Virus record (IMG/VR): IMGVR_UViG_3300044452_000161
Direction: 5' to 3' (one strand)
Origin: a virus
Length of the DNA: 36,308 nucleotides
A model generated the notes under the pieces. That model made no database searches, was not told the origin of the DNA, and saw nothing but the letters and a program-made list of their open reading frames with translations. Below are positions 1 to 8,975 of the stretch, one piece after another; within the stretch, counting starts at the first letter, position 1; each line of letters begins with the position of its first letter. The translations under genes were made by a program, and so were the position numbers.

Positions 1-94
1 GCCCCAACCACTATTTTTGAATATATTTCTTTCAGCGTAGGTACAATGCGTAGCAACGAACTGTCCATCAATGCGGTCGAACTGGGGCAGGGGA

Positions 95-550
95 CTAACC
101 TAACAGAATGGGGACAATGAGGATTTTGTGAGTCGTGTTTTCAAGTGCCTCCACAAACCTAGGCACCGCTACATATCCTTCCGGCACGGCAGTGATCTCT
201 ACGATGTCGGCACACGTTTCGGCAGGTTCGGCTAAGCTGCCTTCACAAGGCGCGTTCCTTGTTCTGCGCTGAATCCACTCTATCGTTCCTTCGCCTCCAG
301 ACGGAAGTTCGACCGTTTCGCTTCCGTATACGACGTGTTGGCTAGTGTAGGTCGTTGTGTTGATGTAGTTAATTATCCATCCATTGAGAATTTTTTCTCC
401 AGCGTAATTCTCAATTTCATTTGGGGTTACGTAGACTTCATCTTCCGGGAAAACGAACTCATGCGCCCTGTGAGGTTGAGAATATGCGGGCGCTGTACAC
501 ATTGCCAACAAGCATAGTGGCAGCAAGAAGCTGAAAGGCGAAGGTTTCAT
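95..550 (-). CDS. Hypothetical protein with N-terminal signal peptide
   Basis: 151-aa ORF; MKPSPFSFLLPLCLLAMCTAPAYS resembles a signal peptide; start overlaps the stop of the upstream ORF. Confidence 0.6.
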   Translation of the reverse strand: MKPSPFSFLLPLCLLAMCTAPAYSQPHRAHEFVFPEDEVYVTPNEIENYAGEKILNGWIINYINTTTYTSQHVVYGSETVELPSGGEGTIEWIQRRTRNAPCEGSLAEPAETCADIVEITAVPEGYVAVPRFVEALENTTHKILIVPILLG

Positions 551-1233
551 ACCGCTTCCTTGAATTGGTTGTTTTCAATATCAACATCAACATCAAAGAC
601 TGGCAGATGCGGTCGAAGAGGATTTTCGGGATACCATGTCATCCCGCGTATCAGTGGAGACAGTCCAAATTCCTTTTCGAAAAATGGGTCAGACATTGAC
701 AGTTTTTTTGAGGCTGCATGGAGAACTTCTCTCTGGGAAAGCTGAGCCATATGGTTCCTGGAAAGCTCAACTTTGGTACGTGATTTTTTGTCTCTCCAAG
801 GCTGAACAACAACCCAGTCCATTCCCATGTAAGGGTCATCAGCGGGGAGAAAGTCAGAGATCGTAACGGGTTCGTAGAAGTTTAGTCGGCCTATCGAAAC
901 TGAGTGCACAACGAGGTAGGGATCGTCAAATGGGGAGGCACCTGAAGCTGGTATAAAGTCGATACCTCGAACCCAAGTTACTGTGAATTCGCAGGTGTCT
1001 TCACGACAGGTCCCCCAATGTTCCATCCACGGGGCAATCCAGTCCAAAAGTGCAGACTGCTCTTCATAGCTTCCATCTATCGGTTTGACCTCAGCTATTC
1101 CTGAAAAGACGCTGATTATGGCTCGAACACCGCTCAAGTTAGTCTTTGGAAGATATACTGTATCAGCGTGTTTAGAAGTCGGGTGTGATTCATCGCATGC
1201 TTCGGAAAAAGATTTGAACTGATTGACGCTCAT
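547..1233 (-). CDS. Hypothetical phage protein
   Basis: 228-aa ORF, GCAGGT before the ATG, 4-nt overlap with the next gene. Confidence 0.65.
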   Translation of the reverse strand: MSVNQFKSFSEACDESHPTSKHADTVYLPKTNLSGVRAIISVFSGIAEVKPIDGSYEEQSALLDWIAPWMEHWGTCREDTCEFTVTWVRGIDFIPASGASPFDDPYLVVHSVSIGRLNFYEPVTISDFLPADDPYMGMDWVVVQPWRDKKSRTKVELSRNHMAQLSQREVLHAASKKLSMSDPFFEKEFGLSPLIRGMTWYPENPLRPHLPVFDVDVDIENNQFKEAV

Positions 1234-1273
1234 TTACCTGCTACTTTCTTTACTTTTTCGTCCGTTTCCAAGC

Positions 1274-1300
1274 GACTGATTGCTTCAAGGGCAATCAGTC
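1274..1300. other. Perfect 10-bp hairpin in the intergenic region downstream of rIIB
   Basis: GACTGATTGC-TTCAAGG-GCAATCAGTC; no clear U-tract on the minus strand. Confidence 0.5.
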
Positions 1301-1385
1301 TTAGGACGGCTTCAGAGTTTGGGCCTTGAGCGGCCTGCTTTAGTTGAGAGAGTGTGGACTTTTTGTAGTCGGTCATCACAGAGAC

Positions 1386-2471
1386 CTACTTCTCGATCCG
1401 ATTAATCCAGTCTTGAAGAGTGGTCCTCGGAATACCTGTTTTTCGGGAGTATCCGCGTTGACCGTGCTGGGATACACCATTCAGGATCGCGCTAGATGTG
1501 TAGGCTTCACCATTGCGAGTGAAGATTATTCCGGTGTCCTCTTCGTCCATACCGTCGTCATCGTCGAGTTGATCATCTTCATCGATATCAGAAAGAAACT
1601 CGTCTTCTTCGCTCCATCCGTCCGTTAGATCGGTATCGAATTCGACGTCCAGATCAATGTCCAAGTCACAATCGAGTTCGTACTCAATCGTTAGAACTGA
1701 TGTGTCTTCATCCGTAGCGGTGATAGTCACACTCTGAACTTCATGCGCGTTGTTTACGAAAGACTCTTCAGCGTCTCCCAATACTTCGTATTTGCAAACG
1801 CGCATCTTTGCGAAGTTGTAGTCTCCTGGGACGGCAACGACATCTTCCGGGGACACCTTGCACGCAATGACTTTGTATCCATCGGTCGTTGCATAGTAGG
1901 AGTCTAAGTAGCTAGATGCCGCAACATGAAGCCCATACGAACAGGTGGATTTTGGATCAGGATCAACACTTTCGCGAGGAACCTGGACAACCTTTCCAGG
2001 AGAGTTGTCAAACTTTCCGCTGTGAATGTCACGGTAATTGCCTCGCACCCGTTTGAACGCAATGAAGTGTCCGTCTTGAGTCAACGGAGCGTTCCAAACG
2101 TTTAAGAACTCGTACAGACATTCTTTACTTCGCGGTGACGGGTTTTTCATGACCAAGTCCATGAACCGCGCCCAAATAGTTGCGTCGCGGCCTGCGTCTA
2201 ATAGGTTCAATAGACGCAAGGCGAGTGCTGTGTGTACAGGTGATCCCGCATAGTAGACGGTTGATCCGACAACAGATACCGCGCCTTCTGACAACCGGGC
2301 CAAACGGCTTGGTTTGTCGATATGGGTCTCCAAGAAATCATAGTCATGTTCATCTTGGGAAAGATGTTCAGCAACCTCCTCAAAGTATTCATAACTCGAC
2401 GGGATGCTGTGAAGTTTGCCGTTGAAGAATGCGGAGATACTGCTGTCGGAGAGGTTGTACGCATAATGCAT
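1386..2471 (-). CDS. rIIB: RIIB-like protein (T4 rIIB family)
   Basis: Motifs NPSPRS..LYEFL, LTQDGHFIAFKRV, CSYGLHV, VVAVPGDYNFAKMRVCKYEV; acidic linker and HTH-like C-terminus; directly follows rIIA; start moved to the ATG at 2471 (CAGGAG RBS). Confidence 0.85.
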   Translation of the reverse strand: MHYAYNLSDSSISAFFNGKLHSIPSSYEYFEEVAEHLSQDEHDYDFLETHIDKPSRLARLSEGAVSVVGSTVYYAGSPVHTALALRLLNLLDAGRDATIWARFMDLVMKNPSPRSKECLYEFLNVWNAPLTQDGHFIAFKRVRGNYRDIHSGKFDNSPGKVVQVPRESVDPDPKSTCSYGLHVAASSYLDSYYATTDGYKVIACKVSPEDVVAVPGDYNFAKMRVCKYEVLGDAEESFVNNAHEVQSVTITATDEDTSVLTIEYELDCDLDIDLDVEFDTDLTDGWSEEDEFLSDIDEDDQLDDDDGMDEEDTGIIFTRNGEAYTSSAILNGVSQHGQRGYSRKTGIPRTTLQDWINRIEK

Positions 2472-2505
2472 GATTGTTGCTCCTGTGTAAGAAAAAATGA
2501 CACCA

Positions 2506-4650
2506 CTAAGCAGAAGAAAGAATTGGCTGCGATTCTTTGCGACTGATGTCACAATTTATGACATAGCTCCGCAGCGTGTCAACGTTTTCTTCATCACAAG
2601 ATAGATAATCAGGGATAAGTGACAACATCGGATACGCTTCCTTGATTTCTGATGTCAGAAAGTCTGCCGTGGAAACGAAGACATGGTCCTGAACGTCTGG
2701 ATCATCGTCTGGAAAGTATTGATCCAGTGCTCGGGCGATCAGTCGATAGCTTCTCGCGTCAAAATCAGTAAGTCCGTGTATTTCATCCTGAAAGTTTTTC
2801 AGCTTTCTAACGACACTGTCCTCATCTAGTTCTGCACAATCCAAGGCTTCTAAGCAGCGTGGAAACGAGTAATCATTGCGTGCCCGAGACGCCGCCGTTT
2901 GATCCGCAATCATGTCAACGAAATTGAAAGTCAGCGATTGGAACCATTTGGTTGCAAAAGATCGTAAGGTAACCCACTGACTACCTGCGAACTGCTTTCT
3001 CAACGTGTGCGGAACGCCAAAAACCTTAGTCTCGCGAGAAATGGCTCCGACCTGATACAACAAATCAATGAGTCTGATTGTTGAAACGCCAAAAAAGGGA
3101 TCGGCATTTGTGTTTCGTTTGAGCGGAATGTATATCCCTCCGGACTTCATATCTTCTTCAGTCAGTTCAGCCCGCGTGTCGAAGTTGTAACCGTCGTATG
3201 CCCGTGCTTGCACAGGACGACGAGGTGATCGAGTTTTGTATTGCTCTGAGGACCGCTCTGGCTCATCGAGGTCAGATACCATGATGATCCTTGCACCATC
3301 ATACATATCGAAAAACCTGATCATATCTTGCGTAATACCACGCGTGGAGAAAACCTTAACCCAGAGGAAAGCTTCTGAAGCAGTACGCTCTTCGTTGAGT
3401 TTGATACGTGTTGCTGCCTTACGAAACTTTCGGCATTCAGTCAGGTCTTCCACGTAGATTGTAAGATTTTCGTACGCCGGGATGTCTTGTGTGTACTGAG
3501 ATTGGAATCGATACTGTTTGTGACGGCGGCGGCTGTGGTCAAAATATGAAGCGCTCCACCCTCCTGAGAAAACTGTTTTGATGCGGTTCGCGGTTTGCAT
3601 GCCATTCCATGACACCCCCCGAGATAGTTCATCTCGGATTTTGTATGGAAGAGCACCGTTTCTTTCCATACGTCGCGTGGCAACGCATGCCTTGTAGTAG
3701 GTAGGTGCACCAAAAATCTCTTCTCGAAATTTCTCGACCATCTCGACTTCAATGCGTTTTAGCGCCTCTTTGATCGAGTCTGCTGTTGGTTCGTCACGAC
3801 CATAAGACAAGGCTTCTCGGCTTGCGGTAATTTCCAGATCACCCATTTCGAAGTCGATAATCAGGGTTTTGCGTAGAAGCTCTCTGTGAACTTCTTCTAG
3901 GTCATCCAAGGCGTTGGCATTGATCGGATACAAAACCGGTCCCATGCGAGCGTAGGCGGTGCTAGAAAATCCATCAATTACGCCGTTAAGCAGACGCCAG
4001 CCTTCACCTGAGAGAAGAACATCAAAAGCAGGCCAGGAAAAACCAGGCTGAGACGGAACGGACGGTTTCACATCGAAGCCGTGGCTGACACGTTTTGCAG
4101 CCCGGGAAAAAGCGTTTACATCGGCCTTTACGACTGGGAACGATACTTCCACTCCATTTTGTTCATCACTCTCCTGTGTGCCCAGAAGGTGGATAGCGGG
4201 CACGCCATCTGATCCAATCATAGCCGAATAGAAGCGAGACACCCCGTCCTTGTGCGACGTCACGGTGAAATTATCAGTATAGGCAAACGGGGATTTCGAA
4301 CCGATGCCGAACTTTCCGGTGGCCTCGTTTGTGTTTTCCTTTGTCGAGGTGCCGAGGTCTGTGTACAGATTCATGACCTCGTCGTGGGTCAAGCCCACTC
4401 CATAGTCTCGAACACGAAAGGTAGGGTCGAAGGAGTTGGGGAATGAAACATCGAATGGTCGTTCTGCACATCCCGCGAGTACATGTGAATCCAAGGCGTT
4501 TGACCAAATCTCCCGAGTGATAGATTCCTCTTTGTTTTCGTAAAGCCCATCGATCAGAATTTTGAATATTTTTGCGTTATCGGAGATCGTAAACTGGCTC
4601 GACTCTGCTGCATTTACTTGAACATTTCGGGATGTGTTCTGGCTGATCAT
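2506..4650 (-). CDS. rIIA: RIIA-like protein with N-terminal GHKL/HSP90-like ATPase
   Basis: LYENKEESITREIWSNALDSH, RDYGVGL, STK..TNEATGKFGIGSKSPFAYTD, ITASREALSY; AAGGAG RBS before the ATG at 4650. Confidence 0.88.
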   Translation of the reverse strand: MISQNTSRNVQVNAAESSQFTISDNAKIFKILIDGLYENKEESITREIWSNALDSHVLAGCAERPFDVSFPNSFDPTFRVRDYGVGLTHDEVMNLYTDLGTSTKENTNEATGKFGIGSKSPFAYTDNFTVTSHKDGVSRFYSAMIGSDGVPAIHLLGTQESDEQNGVEVSFPVVKADVNAFSRAAKRVSHGFDVKPSVPSQPGFSWPAFDVLLSGEGWRLLNGVIDGFSSTAYARMGPVLYPINANALDDLEEVHRELLRKTLIIDFEMGDLEITASREALSYGRDEPTADSIKEALKRIEVEMVEKFREEIFGAPTYYKACVATRRMERNGALPYKIRDELSRGVSWNGMQTANRIKTVFSGGWSASYFDHSRRRHKQYRFQSQYTQDIPAYENLTIYVEDLTECRKFRKAATRIKLNEERTASEAFLWVKVFSTRGITQDMIRFFDMYDGARIIMVSDLDEPERSSEQYKTRSPRRPVQARAYDGYNFDTRAELTEEDMKSGGIYIPLKRNTNADPFFGVSTIRLIDLLYQVGAISRETKVFGVPHTLRKQFAGSQWVTLRSFATKWFQSLTFNFVDMIADQTAASRARNDYSFPRCLEALDCAELDEDSVVRKLKNFQDEIHGLTDFDARSYRLIARALDQYFPDDDPDVQDHVFVSTADFLTSEIKEAYPMLSLIPDYLSCDEENVDTLRSYVINCDISRKESQPILSSA
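2547..2563. promoter_or_regulatory. TGTCA-N7-TGACA palindrome inside the rIIA 3' end, upstream of rIIB
   Basis: TGTCA CAATTTA TGACA; 2545-2564 matches the copy at 18853 at 19 of 20 positions. Confidence 0.55.
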
Positions 4651-4765
4651 GGTTGTGTGGCTCCTTAACTGGATTTCGCGTTTCGGTGAGGCTGGTGTAA
4701 GAAATTCTGGCCCGATTCGCAAGAAAAATTGACACATCTAGCTGATAGATGTTAGAAAAAATTAC

Positions 4766-5002
4766 TTGCCATGTCATACTTCGAGGTATATCGGCGTGAG
4801 TGCAGCACCAAAGTGCATTTGTCCGGCGGATGGTCGGATGATCTCCTCAGGAGATCGCGTTTACTTATACGAACCAGGCGCGGAGACGCGTGTGGGGAAT
4901 GTTGTTCAGCGCGATGCGTCTAAGGTCCACATATTCAGAAAGGATTGTCCGGTCCATGGTTATACAGTCACGATTGATGATCTCCCGGTGACCACAGAAT
5001 GA
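4766..5002 (+). CDS. Small Cys/His-containing hypothetical protein
   Basis: 78-aa ORF (start uncertain) with CxC and CPVHG; stop overlaps the next ATG; TTGACA at 4729. Confidence 0.45.
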   Translation: MPCHTSRYIGVSAAPKCICPADGRMISSGDRVYLYEPGAETRVGNVVQRDASKVHIFRKDCPVHGYTVTIDDLPVTTE

Positions 5003-5409
5003 ATACGATGGGAGAGATCGAGGGGTACTTCGACCAGTACGGGCCAATCGCTTTAGAGGTCGTTAGTGGTGAGGATGCCAACATCCACCTGGGGCTACCG
5101 CAGAGTAATACTCAAGTATGCTGGCAGATATGTCAGACAATGAGATGGCCCGAATTCAACCTATTTGAAAATCACGATTTCCAGGCCGTAGAGGCTCTCG
5201 GCACCCGAGACATGTGTTTGGCATACGGACTGATCGCTTTTCTACGGTGGCAGGTGTTCACATTGGCAAGCGACCGTGGTGTGGGGCTTCCACACTTCAA
5301 CATGGAGGCGGTTCGTCTATCTGAGGACTGGTATGTTCGGCTCATGCAAAGGTGTTCCCACCTGCAACTTAATCCCCATCTCGATCAGCGGCCCGCCCGG
5401 CTAAATTAG
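4999..5409 (+). CDS. Hypothetical protein
   Basis: 136-aa ORF co-oriented with its neighbours. Confidence 0.55.
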   Translation: MNTMGEIEGYFDQYGPIALEVVSGEDANIHLGLPQSNTQVCWQICQTMRWPEFNLFENHDFQAVEALGTRDMCLAYGLIAFLRWQVFTLASDRGVGLPHFNMEAVRLSEDWYVRLMQRCSHLQLNPHLDQRPARLN

Positions 5410-5418
5410 GTGATAATC

Positions 5419-5435
5419 AGTCATAATAAATGACA
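5419..5435. promoter_or_regulatory. Near-consensus TGTCA-N7-TGACA site upstream of the recombinase
   Basis: AGTCA TAATAAA TGACA (1 mismatch) in an AT-rich intergenic region. Confidence 0.5.
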
Positions 5436-5507
5436 AATTTGCTTGCGAATCATCTTGGTGAGGTATATTAATCCCGCACCGAGACGCAAATTGTAAGGAG
5501 AAATGTC

Positions 5508-6155
5508 ATGGCGAAGAAAAAAGCCGCTATTCTCGATGAAAAATCCTTCCTCCGCCTGGTTGGCAAAGTCCTGAAGGGGTCACTGCAGCCTGAGGTGGAT
5601 GCGGTTGCATTTTTGTTGTCTTACAAGGCTGGTTTGCGCGTTCAAGAAATTGCTGGTTTGGAATGGGATCGGCACATCTTGGACGCACAAGGAGAGATAC
5701 GTCTTAAGCAGTTTTATGTCGGTCAAAGTCCACAAAACCGAAAAATAAAGCTGTTTCCAGTGCTATGGATCAGTGCTGACATCGGAAAATACGGTTCTGA
5801 AAGAACTCTCCGAATTCATCCTCTATTGGAAAAATCGCTGAATACCCTTCTCGAGCAACGAGACGGAGAGAAGTTTGTTGTTCCCAGCCGGGTAAAACAT
5901 GCAAGCCAAGAGCTACACGCACGCTCACACGCACTTAAAATTCGCATGAACCGTATCTACAAACAGCACGGCCTTGACGCCTGCACATCTCACTCAGGCC
6001 GTAGGACCTTCATCACCGATGCCGCCCAACAAGCCGCATTTTCTGGATGCTCCATCGCGGACGTCCGCGACATGGCGGGTCACCGAAGTATCAGGACCAC
6101 GGAAGCGTACATCGAAACATCGCCACAGCAAGCTGATCTCATCGGTCGCCTGTAA
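5508..6155 (+). CDS. Tyrosine recombinase, catalytic domain only
   Basis: GLRVQEI (Arg), GKYG (Lys), HSGRRTF (HxxR), AGHRSIRTTEAY (His, Tyr); 215 aa; AAGGAG RBS. Confidence 0.88.
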   Translation: MAKKKAAILDEKSFLRLVGKVLKGSLQPEVDAVAFLLSYKAGLRVQEIAGLEWDRHILDAQGEIRLKQFYVGQSPQNRKIKLFPVLWISADIGKYGSERTLRIHPLLEKSLNTLLEQRDGEKFVVPSRVKHASQELHARSHALKIRMNRIYKQHGLDACTSHSGRRTFITDAAQQAAFSGCSIADVRDMAGHRSIRTTEAYIETSPQQADLIGRL

Positions 6156-6169
6156 AGCAGGAGAAAGAT

Positions 6170-6748
6170 ATGCACACTGAAATTCATCCTCGTCTCAAGA
6201 CCGGTTACCTGCAACCCGCCAAGGGACTGCTTCCTAAGTATGTGCCTAACGATGAATGGATCGTCGTCCAGGATGTCCATCTTGGTGCCTTTGCTGTTTG
6301 GTCCAAAATGGAGGGTACACTGTTCTGCGACGTGGATGGCACCGTCGCCGATCTAACGCATCGACGCGTTTATGTTGTGTCAAAGCCAAAAAACTGGCCT
6401 GCGTTTGAGCGCAGTATGCATCTCGATACACCCATCACGACAATCATTGATCACGTCAAATCACTGCGTGCCGGTGGTTGGAAAGTTGTCGTAATGACAG
6501 GACGCGGCGCTCAGAACAAGAGTGTGACTGAAGATTGGCTTGGCAAGTACGGCGTTGAGTATGAAGCCATCTACACACGGGCACTTAAAGACTACCGAAA
6601 AGACAGCATCGTTAAGCTCGAGCTAATGCAGCAAGCCGCTGCGGACGGTTGGGTTCCTGACCTCGTCTTCGACGACAGGAACCAGGTGGTCGACATGTGG
6701 CGTGCTGAGAATGTGCCATGCATCCAAGTTGCAGAGGGAGATTTCTGA
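6170..6748 (+). CDS. HAD-family phosphatase resembling the T4 PNK 3'-phosphatase domain
   Basis: CDVDGTVAD (DxDxT), MTGRG, RKDSIVKLEL, VFDDRNQVVDMWR, QVAEGDF. Confidence 0.85.
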   Translation: MHTEIHPRLKTGYLQPAKGLLPKYVPNDEWIVVQDVHLGAFAVWSKMEGTLFCDVDGTVADLTHRRVYVVSKPKNWPAFERSMHLDTPITTIIDHVKSLRAGGWKVVVMTGRGAQNKSVTEDWLGKYGVEYEAIYTRALKDYRKDSIVKLELMQQAAADGWVPDLVFDDRNQVVDMWRAENVPCIQVAEGDF

Positions 6749-8011
6749 ATGAGCCTTCACTATCCATTTCCTGTGATCAAAACCATCGACGATGTGTTGC
6801 CGCACATCGATGACAACTTCCGTGTGGTTGAGAAAGAAGGTCTGACCTTTGTAAACTACAATCAAATGGGATTAGATGTTTTTCCTACCATCTACCATAA
6901 AGAAGCAATCAACGTTCATCCCAACAGCAGCGCGCATCGTGCAGCAGTTCGTCGCGAGTGTCGGGGTATTACATTCGACACGGACACAGGTAGATGCGTA
7001 TCTCGACCGTTTCATAAGTTCTTCAACGCTGGAGAACGTGAAGACGTGTCCCTGGACAAGATTGACATATCAGAGCCACACCAACTACTCGAAAAGTTGG
7101 ACGGTTCAATGATCCGCCCGCTCTGCACGGACGAAGGTGTTCGTTGGGGCACGAAGATGGGAATCACAGATGTTGCTATGTTGGCAGAAGAGTTTGTGGC
7201 TGGCTCACCTATGCGCCAAAACTATGAGTCATTCGCCGTTGCTTGTTATGTAATGGATGAGACACCGATATTTGAATTCTGTTCAAGACGTTCCCGGGTG
7301 GTCATTGATTATCCAGAGGAAACCTTGGTCTTGCTTGCTATTCGAAACAACACCTCTGGCGCGTATCTATCGCGTTGGGAGGTTCGCTCCCGGGCAGGTA
7401 TGGCAGGAATACCTGTTATTGAGAATGTGGATTCCAAAGCTCAAGAAATTCCTGAAGACAAACAATTTGTCATGGGTGGCCACACCCTTGGTACGGTCAT
7501 CGATACCACGCGGAACCTAGAAGATAGTGAGGGTCTTGTTGTGGTTTTTGACACGGGACATGCTGTCAAAGTCAAATCGGACTGGTACGTACGTATTCAC
7601 CGCGCCAAGGACATGATGCGATCTGAGATGCGTCTGTTGGACCTATATTACAACGATGAACTAGACGACCTGTTGGCTACCATCGATACTGATGACCGCA
7701 CACGCATTGAAGCCTACCTTGAAACCTTCAAAGAAAGTATGCGGAAGGTCTGTGAAGAACTGGCGGTCGTATATCATACAGTTCGGAAGGTCTATGAGAC
7801 CAAGAAAGACTTCGCGTTGTCGTCACACTACGCTTCTTTCCCGGCTGTCTACCGTTCGATGTTGTTCTCTATTTGGGACGGTAAGGTTGCTGGTGCAGAG
7901 GAGGCAATAACACGCCTTGTTCGAAACAGCATGTCATCAGAGACAAAGTTTCGAACAATGAAAAGTGACATCTCCCTCGCGACAGGATGGGAAGCATATC
8001 AGCAGCTTTGA
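6749..8011 (+). CDS. RNA ligase, T4 Rnl1/RnlA family
   Basis: RECRGITF, RPFHKFFN, EKLDGSMI (KxDG), TPIFEF, EGLVV, VKVKSDWY. Confidence 0.9.
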   Translation: MSLHYPFPVIKTIDDVLPHIDDNFRVVEKEGLTFVNYNQMGLDVFPTIYHKEAINVHPNSSAHRAAVRRECRGITFDTDTGRCVSRPFHKFFNAGEREDVSLDKIDISEPHQLLEKLDGSMIRPLCTDEGVRWGTKMGITDVAMLAEEFVAGSPMRQNYESFAVACYVMDETPIFEFCSRRSRVVIDYPEETLVLLAIRNNTSGAYLSRWEVRSRAGMAGIPVIENVDSKAQEIPEDKQFVMGGHTLGTVIDTTRNLEDSEGLVVVFDTGHAVKVKSDWYVRIHRAKDMMRSEMRLLDLYYNDELDDLLATIDTDDRTRIEAYLETFKESMRKVCEELAVVYHTVRKVYETKKDFALSSHYASFPAVYRSMLFSIWDGKVAGAEEAITRLVRNSMSSETKFRTMKSDISLATGWEAYQQL

Positions 8012-8032
8012 CTGAGAGAAGTATAGGAGGTA

Positions 8033-8500
8033 TTGATGCCGACGCTGTTCGTTTTGGTAGGGCTGCCTGGATCGGGCAAGTCAACTTACATTGAAGAAAA
8101 GAATCTGCGCGACAATTACACCATCTTGTCGACAGATGATATCATTCAATCTGTAGCAGATACAGCCGGTGTCACGTACAATGAGGCTTTCTCGGACAAC
8201 ATAAAAAGCGCTACCAAACACGTGAATAGCCTTGCGGAGCGTGCACGTGAAAACAACAACGATGTAGTTTGGGATCAAACCAATCTTACTGCGAAGAAGC
8301 GGAAGAAGATTTTGGACAAGTTTCCGGGTTACCAGTGTATCGCGGTAACTTTTGAATGTCCCGAAGAAATTCGCCAAGAAAGGTTGAAAAGCCGTCCTGG
8401 CAAAACAATTCCTAAGCACGTTGATGACTCAATGAAGGAAAACTTCGAAGCACCAAAGTGGTCGGAAGGGTTCGACAGGCTTTTGTTCGTAATGTCCTGA
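8033..8500 (+). CDS. P-loop polynucleotide kinase-like protein (AAA_33 type)
   Basis: LVGLPGSGKST Walker A, LSTDDI, VVWDQTNL..KKR; GGAGG RBS. Confidence 0.85.
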   Translation: MMPTLFVLVGLPGSGKSTYIEEKNLRDNYTILSTDDIIQSVADTAGVTYNEAFSDNIKSATKHVNSLAERARENNNDVVWDQTNLTAKKRKKILDKFPGYQCIAVTFECPEEIRQERLKSRPGKTIPKHVDDSMKENFEAPKWSEGFDRLLFVMS

Positions 8501-8965
8501 TTAACTTGCGGCCCAAATGTGTGCGATAATTCGGTTTGCAAGCGCATCTTCGTCTATACTGCCGCCACCGTTGTTGCTGTTATTGTTCGTTACAGAAGTG
8601 GCAACACCTTGGGCCGCTACCGAGGCGTTTACGAATATTGTCGCATCTTTGCTTTGAGTGTGGTCTGACACCACCCCATCGTCTGAGAAAAGGTTACCGT
8701 TTAGAATACACTGATGAGCGTGGTCTGCGGCGACGATCTTCCATCCGTTCGTAAGAATGAATGTTGTACCTGTAAACAGGCCGGTGGCTCCGATAGGAGT
8801 ACCGCCTTCCACAGAGAAAGCAGGGAGATACTTGGAGTTGTCTCCAATTTGTGTCCATCTTTTCCAAGCGGAGTAGATGTCTCTGTCGACATCGAAAACT
8901 GTATCACCCGATCCTACCGGTTCGGTTATGCGTTTGGTATCTCCATCGAAAATAAAATCAGCCAT
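8501..8965 (-). CDS. Probable virion structural protein
   Basis: 154 aa, last gene of the minus-strand cluster; N-terminus resembles that of 12862-14247. Confidence 0.55.
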   Translation of the reverse strand: MADFIFDGDTKRITEPVGSGDTVFDVDRDIYSAWKRWTQIGDNSKYLPAFSVEGGTPIGATGLFTGTTFILTNGWKIVAADHAHQCILNGNLFSDDGVVSDHTQSKDATIFVNASVAAQGVATSVTNNNSNNGGGSIDEDALANRIIAHIWAAS

Positions 8966-8975
8966 AATATCGTCC

